Assembly (NCBI GenBank): GCA_951406725.2
Contig: OX597825.1
Span: forward strand, 35,588,001 to 35,652,000
DNA: 64,000 nt
Reading direction: 5' to 3'
DNA from: Octopus vulgaris
Lineage: Eukaryota
The notes under the pieces were generated by a model. It searched no databases. It saw only the letters and a list, made by a program, of their open reading frames with translations, and was not told the origin of the DNA. The translations under genes were made by a program, and so were the position numbers. Below, in pieces: positions 25,401 to 36,880 of the stretch; within the stretch, counting starts at the first letter, position 1, and each line of letters starts with the position of its first letter.

Positions 25401-28400
25401 AGGACTGCTTTCAGTTATTTTCTTGTTTCATTATGTTCTTTCAGTTACCCTTTATTTTTACCGCTCTCTAGTTTATCTTTTTTTCCATCTTTTTTTCTCT
25501 CAATCAGATTCTCTCAAAACCTCTACCTCATCATTTTTCAACATCTCCCAATCACTTTCTACCATTCTCTCTCTCTCTCTCTCCCATTTGCTTACACTTT
25601 ATACCTCTGTTATAGTATCACAATATCTAAGAACTGCTCTCTAGGGCAGAGCTTTATCTACCTTCTTCCCACCTTTCCTTCCTTCCTCATGCTATCTCTT
25701 CTTCCCTTACTTTTTTTCCAATCTCTCCCTATATTTAACTGGATTCTTTTTTTTTTTCATAACCAACTGTCTCACTCCCCACCCTGTTAATTTCCCATAT
25801 TTCTAATCCATCACTTCTTAGACTCTCTCTCTCTCTCACTTTTCTCATCCCCGATACTGCTTTCTCAGAAAGTGGGAAACCAACCAACAAAAATATTGCA
25901 TGGCTGTGTGGTAAAGAAATGTTCTCTGAACCACTTGGTTTCAAGTTCAGTCTCACTGAAGAGACTTTGGGCAAATGCCATCTATAACAGCCCTAGGCAG
26001 ACCAAAATATTGTGAGTGGATTAAGTAAACAAAAACTAAAAGAAACCTGTTCTGTGTGTGCGTGTGTGTGTCATTCTCTAGTATTCACTGGTTTGTAAAC
26101 AATAATTTGCTGAATGTGCCAATTGCTTGTAGGCCACGACAAAAGCATGTCTAGCCACCTTGACATGTTGCACAATCTTAGTAAACAAGGGCTCATTGGT
26201 TTCGCTTGTTCCTAATGCTCCAGTGTACTTTTACTTGGCTCATGCAAGCATGGAAAAGTGTACATTAAAACAATGATGATGTATAGACACACACACACAC
26301 TCTTTGTTGATAAATCACTCACTCAATTATGTTACTCCTTCCATCAATGTCTCCTCTGTATCATAATATTTGTAATGTTTTCCTATTCAATTTCCTTAAC
26401 CACCAATATGTAACTATCCTATCACTGTATCACTTCCATTACCTATTTCTTTATTACCCACAAGGGGCTAAACATAGAGGGGACAAACAAGGACAGACAT
26501 AGGTATTAAGTCAATTACATCGACCCCAGTGCGTAACTGGTACTTAATTTATCGACCCCGAAAGGATGAAAGGCAAAGTTGACCTCACCATTTCATTCTC
26601 TCTCTAACTCTCAAATTAGCTCTATCATTGCTCCTTCTCTTCTGTCCACTAACTCAATCAAATCTGACTCGGACAAACAGAAACACAATAGCAACAACTC
26701 TTTAGTCTTTCCAGAGACAAGGCAACTTCTCTAGTGGTGGCATCATGATAAAATGCATGCAATAAACTCTGTAAAGTGGTTGGCAAAGGAATGGAGGCAA
26801 TATAAAGGTCATGAGGATTCTTTAGTCTGACAGAACATGACAACCACAAGTCTTTTACCATGATAAAATACATAGTAAGCCCTGCAAAGTAGCTGGTATT
26901 CAATGGGCATCCAGATAGAATGTACAAATGAAAAGTGATTCTTGACCTAAGAGAGTGGTAACCCTAAATAAAACATGTAATGATCCACCATGCAAGCATG
27001 GAAAGAAGAACCAAAATGATGATGGTGTGTGTGCGTGTGTGTGTATACACATCCTTCAACTTTCACTTGTTTCTGGCATTAGATTGCAGTCATGCTGTAA
27101 AGGACTTTAGCTGAACAAACTCACTCCAGGATTTATTTATTTAATTATAAGCTTTGTACTTAGTCTAACAGTCTCTTTCACCAAACTGATAAGTTACAGG
27201 GATGTAACCACTCCAACACTGGCTGTCAGATGAGGCCGGGGAGAGAAACAAACACAGACACACACCAGTCAGCCTGAGACTATAGCAAAAGACACTTGCC
27301 CAAGGTACTGTACAGTGAGATTGAACCAAAGACCATATGGTTGGGAAGCAAGCTTCTTAACCACAAAACCATGTCCACACACACACACACACATATATAT
27401 ATATTCACCCAAAAGAATTTGGTTGGCCTGAGGCTATAGGAAGGTGCCACACAGTGGGACTGAACTCAAAACTATGTGGTTGAGATGCAAGCTTCCTAAT
27501 CACAAAGCCATGCCTACCACTGCATCAACCAGACTATCACATGTGGTTATACAACGCTATCCACAATACACTTTCTCACTGTTGTAGCCTTCAAATGATG
27601 CTACCCTGCTGGCTAGGCGGTCAGGTTTACATTACCTCTGAACAAGATACTAGTCAGTCAAAGGGTCACTCATTTACATCTGAGTGGACTGAAGCAATGT
27701 CAAATGAAGTGTTTTACTCAACATCAGCACACACTACTGGTTTGAGAATTGAGCCCATGATCTCACAGTCATGAGTGCAACACCCTAAGCACTAGGCTAA
27801 ATACCTTCACACACACACACTTGGAAGCTATTAGTCAAGTCCTATTACAAGAAATATGTCCCAATTACTATACAGCAGAGATCGAACCCATCATTATGTA
27901 GTTACGAACTTGGCAACAGTCATGAAACTAAAAGGACAAAGTATAATTTCCGGGCATCAACGTGCAGTTAAGAAGCTTGCACTGCAAGCAAATGGTTTCG
28001 GTCAGGTTCAACCCCAACTGTGCAGCACCTTGAGCATGTATCTTCTACTATGGCTACAGGCCATTCAATGCTTTATTGGAAACTGTACAGAAGCATGTAT
28101 CTGTGCCTGTGTCAACACACACATCGCTTAACAGGTGTTGGTTTGTTTACGTCCATGTAGCTTAGAGGGCCAACAAAACCAGACTTAAAAAAAAAAAAAA
28201 GCACTGAGGTCAATTTGCTCAACTAAATCAAGCATGGACAATCTTTTTCAAGAAGCAAGCCACATGAGACATGGCAGGCCGCACTACTAAAAAGATTCAA
28301 GGTTAATTTTTAGACGTGCCATTCAGAAAGTCCCACGGGCCGTTTTGCCCTTGACTGGACTAGACCTTCAAGCCAGTACTCCAACATAGCAGCAGTCAAA

Positions 28401-28729
28401 AGACTGAAAAAAGATATATACAAAAGAAAGAAAATATTCATATTAACTGTTTTCCGTCTGCTGCTTATTTTATCGATCTATTTATTGATTGACTGAAATA
28501 TTTTTTCACATTAAGGCAGATGTAATTGTGCCTGCATATTGTATAAAAGGCCAAATACAAAACATTATACATACACACACATACGTACGTAGATAGACAA
28601 ACGAACATACACAAACGTCGATATACACATACACACGTAAAATATATTACACAATCATCTGTCTAATATATGAGTACAAATAAGGATGATATAAAACGAG
28701 ATCATTTTAAACAGTAGTTGGAGAACAAT

Positions 28730-28955
28730 GGTACTATTTAAGTAGAGTGGTCCCAGTGCGCGCACTCGCGTACTCGCGCATCCGCGCTAGCTAGTCGTGA
28801 CTAGTCGATCCTTACCTTTGTGTTTTATTTACTGTTTAAACATTTACTTTGTGTTTTTTTTTTTTTATTTTGTAGGATCGACTAGTCACGACTAGCAAGC
28901 GCGGATGCGCGAGTAGCGAGTGCGCGCACCGGGACTACTCTTCTTAAATAGTACT
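28730..28955. mobile_element. Mutator-like MITE (foldback) with 9-bp TSD
   Basis: About 80-bp near-perfect TIRs (GTACTATTTAAG...CTAGTCGATCCT), T-rich spacer, perfect 9-bp direct repeat GAGAACAAT at 28721-28729 and 28956-28964. Confidence 0.9.
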
Positions 28956-30284
28956 GAGAACAATTCTCCCCGGCCCCCAAACCAGACCATGGCTATATAT
29001 TTAAGAAGACAACTTAATGGTTCGACCCCACAGCAATTACTTGAGCAAATATCCTCTACGGTAACCTCAGGTTGACTGATGTCTCGAGTGAAACTAGGTC
29101 ATCACGCGTGTGTCGAGAATGTACACACAAGTGAATAAAAATATATTGCCGAGAAGCCGGTGCGTGTTAACAATAATCCCTTACAGTAATACATTCCGCC
29201 GTAGTTGCAGGGATACTATGCCCTTCTCGTTTAGTTGGTTCGTTAGAATTTATAACCAACGATGTTCACAAAAACGTCCAGCAAAATTTAATAAAAAAGA
29301 AAACGTAATTTTAGGTAAGATCGCTTTGCGATCATCTGGTTTGGAATTCAGTTCCACTCTGTGGGATTTTGGAGAAGTGCCTTCGAATATAAGTTTGAAC
29401 TCATCAATACTTTGAGAGAATTGGTAGGCGGAAACTATGGTGCATGTATGTATATACTGTGTATCATTTAAGCATTGAAGCTTACGACTTCGTAACTGTT
29501 TTTTTTTTTTTTCGGGGGAGGTGGGGGTTACTGCTTGTCATACTTTTTTTTTGTAATTTTTCTAGTTTCGACTTTCTTCAAAAGGTAAAGATCCGATTTA
29601 TGCCATTAGAATTTAGGCATTTTCTTCTTTTTTTTAATCTGAAAAAATTTTCAAAGAAAATCAAAACTGAAAAGTTACAGAAAAAAGAAAAGAGGTGTCG
29701 TCAGTTAGAGGACGTGGAGAAAATAACACAGAAAAATGCCCCTTTTGTGCAACGACAAACTGTTGCTATGATAAAGAAATGGGAAAGCAAGACATGTTTG
29801 TTTTTTGACATTTCGGTCAATTGAAATTATCATTTTTAAGAGAAACTGTGTAAGCCTGATATTCATTAATTTTTATAACGGATCGGATTAAGAAATTTTA
29901 AAAAGATGTACAACATTTTTATTCAAAATGTGAATTATAAGTGTTTCTAGAATGTAGGATAAAAATATTTAAAATATCAAAAGATAATAATAATAATAAT
30001 ACCGGGAAATAAACTCGTGATAGCTATTTCGGTGGCACGATGGGGGTAGTAAGAAGTTTGGAAAATGAAAACGGATATTTAAAAAATATATATATTGTAT
30101 GAAATACTTGTGATTTGGATTGTTGGATATTATAAAATGAAAAAAAATCCAATTTATTCGCAACAGCTCCGCGCGTGCGTCTGTAATGTTAATAGAGAAT
30201 CTTTTAATCGTAAGTTGCCGGACAGATAAAACAGCTGATTTTCAAATTAATGTAAACCTGTTCAAATACCGAAAATTTGTCTAA

Positions 30285-30505
30285 TGATAATGGTTTCAAA
30301 TTTTGATACAAGGCCAACAAATTCGAGAGAGGGAGTTAGGCAATTACATCGACTCCACTGTTCAACAGGTACTTGTTTTATCTACCCCGAAAGGATGAAA
30401 GGTAAAGTCGGACTCGGCGGAAATTGGACTCAGAACGTAAAGACGAACGAACTACCTCTAAGCATTTCGCCCGGCGTGCTAACGATTCTGCCAGTTTGCC
30501 GCCTT
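30285..30505 (-). mobile_element. tRNA-derived SINE, family B
   Basis: Matches the 55295 family; CpGs retained. Confidence 0.8.
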
Positions 30506-31101
30506 CGGGGCCGGCAGTTACGTACACTGGAATATTAATCAAATTCTTGATAAGTGCCAAAGACGAAACTGCTGGCCCTTGAGTCACTATAACTTCTGCC
30601 GATTATACAGATATATATATACGCGCGCGCAGAAGCATTAAGGCATGCTAGATGAGTGAGCGACATATCGGCAGCACTCGTGTTCTTATGTTCTATGTAA
30701 TAAATGCAGAATATTCATTCATTAAAACTTGATTTCTTTAATAAATCTGCTTCTCTCTCTCTCACTGATATAATCTGGTTCATAAATTTGTTTACAAATA
30801 TCATAATACGCACTCAGAAACAACAAAAAGTCAATTTTTATTAGGGAGTTCGTCGGTTCGTTCGGCGCAGTATGCCTACTCTATGCCAAATTGATTTGAA
30901 GCCAATGAGGTCACGAGTTAGATATCCTAATTCATGACACACTGAACCAGTGTCTTATTTCACGTCCGGGTCATCTCAAACCTAATAAGAGTCGTGCTGA
31001 CTTTTGCCGGCTAATCTCGTGTCAATGTTGCCGCTTTCAAGGAAAACAGTACTATGTAATAACTTTCTTTCAAACGAACTCTTTATAAAACTCCATACAG
31101 T

Positions 31102-31609
31102 ATTCTAGTTTAACCACCCCATATAGCCCCTCATAACTTTTGAATTTTTTTTGAATTTTCAGAAACTTTTAGCGCATGTGAAACGATTAATAAAAAAATA
31201 TAATTCTTCTAATATTTAAACCTCCACCCCATAAATCCTAAAAGTTTCACTCTTTTTCGAATTTTTTGAAAATCAGAGTTTAAAATACGGCGGACAGTCC
31301 GAACCTTTTGCTTAAATCCCATGAATGGATCATACATAGGTGCATCATCATTCCATTAAATGTGTTTATGGGAAGAAAAATATTGAAAATATCAATACCT
31401 GTCAGTGACAAAGAAACGAGGAAGGTATCAGGTGGTCGTGAGATGTACTAAAAATAACATCTACATCGCCCTTAAATCACACACAAAAAACTTGTTTGCA
31501 AAATAGTATGAATTCCCGTGAGTAACATACAAATACGCAAAAAAATTTTCTGGAAATTCCAAATATAAAAGTTATGAGGGGTTTAATATGGGGTGCTTAA
31601 ACCAGAATT
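31102..31609. mobile_element. MITE-like element with about 40-bp inverted repeats
   Basis: ATTCTAGTTTAACCACCCCATAT..CCCCTCATAACTTTT is mirrored by AAAAGTTATGAGGGG..ATATGGGGTGCTTAAACCAGAAT. True ends uncertain. Confidence 0.6.
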
Positions 31610-32029
31610 CCGCCAAACTCTGGAAATGAGGAGCCCTGGATAAGCAGCCATTCAAAAAGTAGGCAGTTTAGTCGTTCGAACAAGTATGGTCGAAATCGAT
31701 AAGGAACTCATTGTTTCATGTGCTAATATGTATATAGGTGTTCCTGCAGAATAGCGTCGGAAATTTGATGGTAGAATGAAAAAGAAGAAAAAAAACTGGC
31801 CAAAATCGGCCTCGAAGTGGTGGGGGTGCAAAAAAAACATCATAAATTTTCAAAAACAATATTTTCATAAAAAGCTTTCCACCATTATTTCCAAGGTCGA
31901 GGCGAAAAAGCAAGTGGGGAAAATCCCAGTCAGATAGGATGAAATCCGACTTGTGTGGATTTTCCTGATTCGAAACTGCCAGAAATTCTCTAGTGCGTCC
32001 CAAAACGATAATTTCTAAGAAGTAACGTA

Positions 32030-32580
32030 GATTATCTTTTATCCTTTACCCGTTCCGGTCTTTAGAATGTTGTAATGCTGGGGCACCAGCCTTGAAGAAT
32101 TTCAGTCGAATGAATCGACTCCATTTTTTCTTTTAAACTAGTACTTTAGTCTTTCGTTTTCTTTTGCCGAACCGCTAAGTTACGGGGATATCAACACAAC
32201 ACCAGTTGTCAAGCGGTGGTAGAGGAACAAAGACACACACATACAACAGGCTTCTTTCAGTTTTCTGTCTACCAAATCCACTTAGTCGAAACAAGTCGAC
32301 TAAACACACTCACAAAAATGAGAACATAAAAAGAGAACAGTACAGCGTAGGAGTGGGCGTGTGCTAAGTAGCTTGCTTACCAACCACATGGTCATGGGTT
32401 CAGTCCCACTGCGTGGCAACTTGGGCATATATCTTTTACTATAGTCTTGTGAGTGGATTTGGAAGAAGCCCGTCGTATGGTCTGCCCGAGGCTATAGAAG
32501 ACACTTGCCCAAAGTGCCACGTGGTGGGACTGAACCTAGAACCATGTGGTTGGGAAGCAAGCTTCTTATCACAGTCACGC
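32030..32580 (-). mobile_element. tRNA-derived SINE, family A, interrupted by a 191-bp insertion
   Basis: Reverse-complement SINE sequence on both sides of 32283-32478. Confidence 0.8.
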
Positions 32581-33194
32581 TTGCTTTTCTGTGTTTTCTT
32601 TCTTCTGTAGGGTGAAGAATTTTTGTCATTCCCATTTTCTAATTTTTCAGTGTTCACTCACCACCCTTAATTTTTTTTTTTCTTTCTTAGATTCGGTTTG
32701 AAAGAAGTTACATACATTTTTGAAGAATCAGTCACAGACGATTAAAATGTACTACTGAATACTTCTGAAAAGAACTAGTTACCACCTGTTTCTTTTAACT
32801 AATTTTCTTTTTCTCCACCACCAAACTTTGTTTACAAATATATCACATGATAAAAGAAAGTCCATTTAATATCGATCTGTTGTATTCTGTTTCGAAGGTC
32901 ATGAATGAGTTCGATAAAAGATTAAGTTTGTGGAGACTGACTTTAATTCAAATGTTATTAACAACTCAACTAGTGGAGAGCAATTGGCTCTGCCTTAGGC
33001 GAGGAAATACACGGAGCTGCGGCACAATGTTTCGTCGTTTTTGGGGGTGTTTTTTTTTATTTTAGACGTTGTGTAGTTTGAAGAAGAATTAACCGTTATT
33101 TCTAGCGGGATGAGAAAGATCAAGTAAAGGTTTCGTATATGATGATTTCCACTGCAATAGAAATCTGCGCAGACAAAATGTCAACAATTTAGGC

Positions 33195-33500
33195 CAGTGA
33201 TTCCCGAAGTGGGCGGTATCGCATCCCTGGGAGTGGGGGTGGAAATTTCCAAGGTGGTGTTGAAATGGGGCGATAATGGGATAGCGATTCATGTAAAAAT
33301 TGGGGCGATAATAGAGTAGCGATTTATGTAAAAAACAACAAAATAATGGGTTCATTATGCTAAGTTTTCGTGAAACATAACTGCTTTGAATTTGCCTCAG
33401 AAAGACGTCTATGCTTGAGATGGTTAGTTGGGGTGGGGACGCTAGGAATGTGGCCTGGGTGTCAAAGGGGCAGCAGCCCGAAAAAACTTGGGAACCACTG
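33195..33500. mobile_element. hAT (Charlie-like) MITE
   Basis: Ends CAGTGATTCCCGAAG...CTTGGGAACCACTG; imperfect 8-bp flanks ATTTAGGC / CTCTAGCC. Confidence 0.65.
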
Positions 33501-33802
33501 CTCTAGCCATATGATTGGCTAATTAAGACAAAATCAACAAGTTCCAGTTTCTTCAAAAACAGAGTCAAACTGAAATATTACGGAAAGAAGGAAGGGGCAA
33601 AAAAAAATATTATCCATCCACCCCTCATGTATTTTCCTTTTTTGTTTTTGCAAAATCGTTATCCACGATAATTAGAATAATCTCATCATAAGCACTTATG
33701 GATTTTTGGCACCGAGATAATTTCCAACTCTGTAGGAAAGCCAGACGTGTGTCTGTGTGTGTGTGTGAGAGAGAGAGAGAGATGCATATATGTACATTCG
33801 TA

Positions 33803-34005
33803 CGAAGGGGTGGTGAAAAGTTCCTGGCTTTGGGTAAAAGAAAACACAGGAGGATCAGTTAATTATGATTTTATTCAACATATTCCCCTCTCAGATTCAC
33901 ACACTTATTGCAGCAGTCTTTCAGCTTTTCTAAGCCCTGTAAATGAACTGGGAAGGTTGGGCCTCCAACCGGGCCTTTTGCCAGGAACTTTTCAGCAGCC
34001 CCTCG
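33803..34005. mobile_element. Mariner-derived MITE
   Basis: TIRs CGAAGGGGTGGTGAAAAGTTCCTGGC / GCCAGGAACTTTTCAGCAGCCCCTCG; TA on the left flank. Confidence 0.75.
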
Positions 34006-34281
34006 TGCGTGCGCGTAATTAATTAAACTGATTAAAATTTAGCTTACTACATCATATATGCTACCACCATCTGTCAGTAAAGGTGATGAAAATCAACGGA
34101 AAAGTTTTCAGGCTACGCCCCCCGTGTCAAGTGTTAAAAAACAGTCACTGGCATCCGTACATTCACTCACGCACACAGTAAAAATAATACACACGTACAC
34201 ATTTTAGAAATGAGAACACATTAGAAACAAGTCGACTAAACACACTCACAAAAATGAGAACATAAAAAGAGAACAGTACAG

Positions 34282-34411
34282 CGTAGGAGTGGGCGTGTGC
34301 TAAGTAGCTTGCTTACCAACCACATGGTCATGGGTTCAGTCCCACTGCGTGGCAACTTGGGCAAATATCTTTTACTATAGTCTTGAGAGTGGATTTGGAA
34401 GAAGCCCGTCG

Positions 34412-34455
<44 letters not shown>

Positions 34456-34660
34456 AGTGTGTTTGTGTGTCTGTGTTTGTCCCCCAACATCGCTTGACAA
34501 CCGATGCTGGTGTGTTTATGTCCCCATAACTTAGCAGTTCGGCAAAAGAGACCGACAGAATAAGTACTAGGCTTACAAAGAATAAGCTCTGGGGTCGATA
34601 TGCTCGACTAAAGGCAGTGCTCCAGCATGGCCGCAGTCAAATGAATGAAACAAGTAAAAG
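34282..34660 (+). mobile_element. tRNA-derived SINE, family A
   Basis: Same head, core and tail as the 36470 copy, with a small internal deletion. Confidence 0.85.
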
Positions 34661-36469
34661 AATAAATGAGAGAGATTTACCCTACAAATACGAAGTGTAA
34701 ACACATGCGAAATAACTCGCACAAGATTGAGTAAACAAGTGTAATCAAAGTGGTCCCTCAATCTGCTAGTAATAGCAGGAAATTTCCATAAAATCACACC
34801 TTGAAGACTGAAAACAAAAAGATGGAACTGTCAAGGTTGGAAAGCCTTTGGTCATAACGCTACTCAACTAGAATTTACTGAACTTGCCTAAAATGTCGTT
34901 ATACTGGTGGGAAGTTGTTTAACCCCAGGTCAACTCTGATCTAGCCAAACTATGGAGTCGGAGGAGTTCCAGCTGTCACCATCCTGTCTGTTTTATTTTT
35001 AACTCATCCTTCCTTTCAGCTACTATTTCGAAAAGGCTGAGTGACTCTAATGACACCCTTGTGGGGTCGTGCAGTAAGGTTCGAATTCCATTTGGAATAA
35101 TTTCTTTTCGGGTTGTAACATAAAAAGCTACGGATTTTCGTTTGATTTATCTCTACAAAAAGGAGGGAGAGGCGAGTTGAGTCGGCAACTACCTCGAAGT
35201 ATAAACAAGAAATCGAAATTTCTTCACTGAAACTAGCGGCGTACCCAGGGTGTGCACGGCCTGAGGAGGCCCTCGAGATTATTAGCTCCCCACCCAGGTT
35301 CTCAAACTTATACAGATTCATATAAGACTCGAAAGTGTCGGACGCCCTCATAAAAGCTTCGCTCTATGTGAACTGCCCCTACCTCCAGCTATGCTACAGA
35401 TCAAGACCTTCTGCTACCAAAGACTTACATTATTGCTTAATTAGTGAGATGGAGGGAGTTTCGCGAATTTTCACTGATTGGTGAAATGTTGCTGTTTAGC
35501 TGTCACCCAGCTGACCTATGTTCGAAAGTGTTCCAGCCATGTCCACTACCCTCCTGTAGAGATATTGCAATATTTAACACAGCATTATCCAAATGTCCTT
35601 CCTTCTCTTTAAATCAGGTAAAGATTTAGCTTGATATTTCTCGAAAGTTGAAGCAGCCTCCTTGGTTTCAAAACTGAAGGGTGCTCAATGTGTTTGCGCG
35701 ACCTGTTAGAAATAGCAGTCAAATCTCCCTAAAAATTATACCTCACCAACGTTTTAGAAAAAGATGAAATACATTAGAATGTAGGTCTGGCTCAAATAGA
35801 ACGTGACGAATATGGTGGTGGGGGGATAAACAATAATTCAGTTATAAGTTTAATGGGTCAAAATCGGTAAGAAGGGGGGAAGTAAGTAATTCGGGACAGG
35901 GAGGATGTAATTTTGGGGTAGGTAAGTGTTCAGTGCAAAGTCTGGTCTAGAACAGTGATGACAACCTTGTGAGAAGTCAGAGGTTTTTAGGTGGCATACA
36001 ATGACTTTGAAAAAAACCTCTCTGCAAAATTTTATTTAAAAAAATAACTCTTCTAAAAGCATTTTGCTATTTGCCCAAAACTAAAAGACATAGGATTTGA
36101 AATATTTGGCTGCTATTTCTATCTGGTCCATCAACCACATAAAGGCTACCTCATTTATGCTTTCAAGCTCTATCTCCTAAAAACTATGCATATTTTGTAT
36201 GAATACACAATGTATGAATAACTCCTACATAAGAGAGATTAAGAAAAGATTATCAATTTCTAAATCATGGCAACTGAGTAGAATATGCTTCACTGAGAAG
36301 GTCCATTAAGATAGAAACATGTTTGTTGATTTCATCAGTTAGTGAGTTAACATGCAGGCATTTTATATAAGGAACAGCAGGTACAGGACCCTACAAGGCA
36401 AATAGAGATCCTTTTTGATAAGGGTCCAGAAGACCTGACTGCAAAATTATATATATATATATATATAGG

Positions 36470-36880
36470 CATAGGCGCGGTTGTGTGGTAAGTAGCTTGC
36501 TTACTAACCACATGCTTCCAGGTTCAGTCCCACTGCATGGCACCTTGGCCAAGTGTCCCTTACTATAGCTTTGGGCCGACCAAAGCCTTGTGAGTGGATT
36601 TGGTAGACAGAAACTGAAAGAAGCCCGTCGTATATATGTATATATATATATGTGTGTGTGTGTGTGTATATATTTGTATGTCTGTGTTTGTACCCCCAAC
36701 ATCACTTCACAACCGGTACTGGTGTGGTTACGTCCCCATAACTTAGCGGTTCGGCAAAAGAGACCGATAGAATAAGTACTAGGCTTACAAAGAATAAGTC
36801 CTGGGGTTGATTTGCTCGACTAAAGGCAGTGCTCCAACATGGCTACAGTCAAATGACTGGAAACAAGTAAAAGAGTAAAA
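36470..36880 (+). mobile_element. tRNA-derived SINE, family A (CORE-like), well-preserved copy
   Basis: A/B-box-like head GGTTGTGTGGTAAG...GGTTCAGTCCC, CCTTGGCCAAGT core, internal microsatellite. Related copies at about 15580, 17846, 19762, 25898, 34282, 43130 (+) and 27060-27510, 32030-32580 (-). Confidence 0.85.

Noticed and set aside
24959-25790. Long ORFs of 145-234 aa (also 18638-19091, 47217-47743, 54038-54478, 62814-63086)
   Set aside because: Translations are YI/CV/HT repeats produced by stop-free microsatellites.
36470-36545. tRNA-like heads of SINEs as tRNA genes
   Set aside because: No complete cloverleaf, and they continue into SINE bodies.
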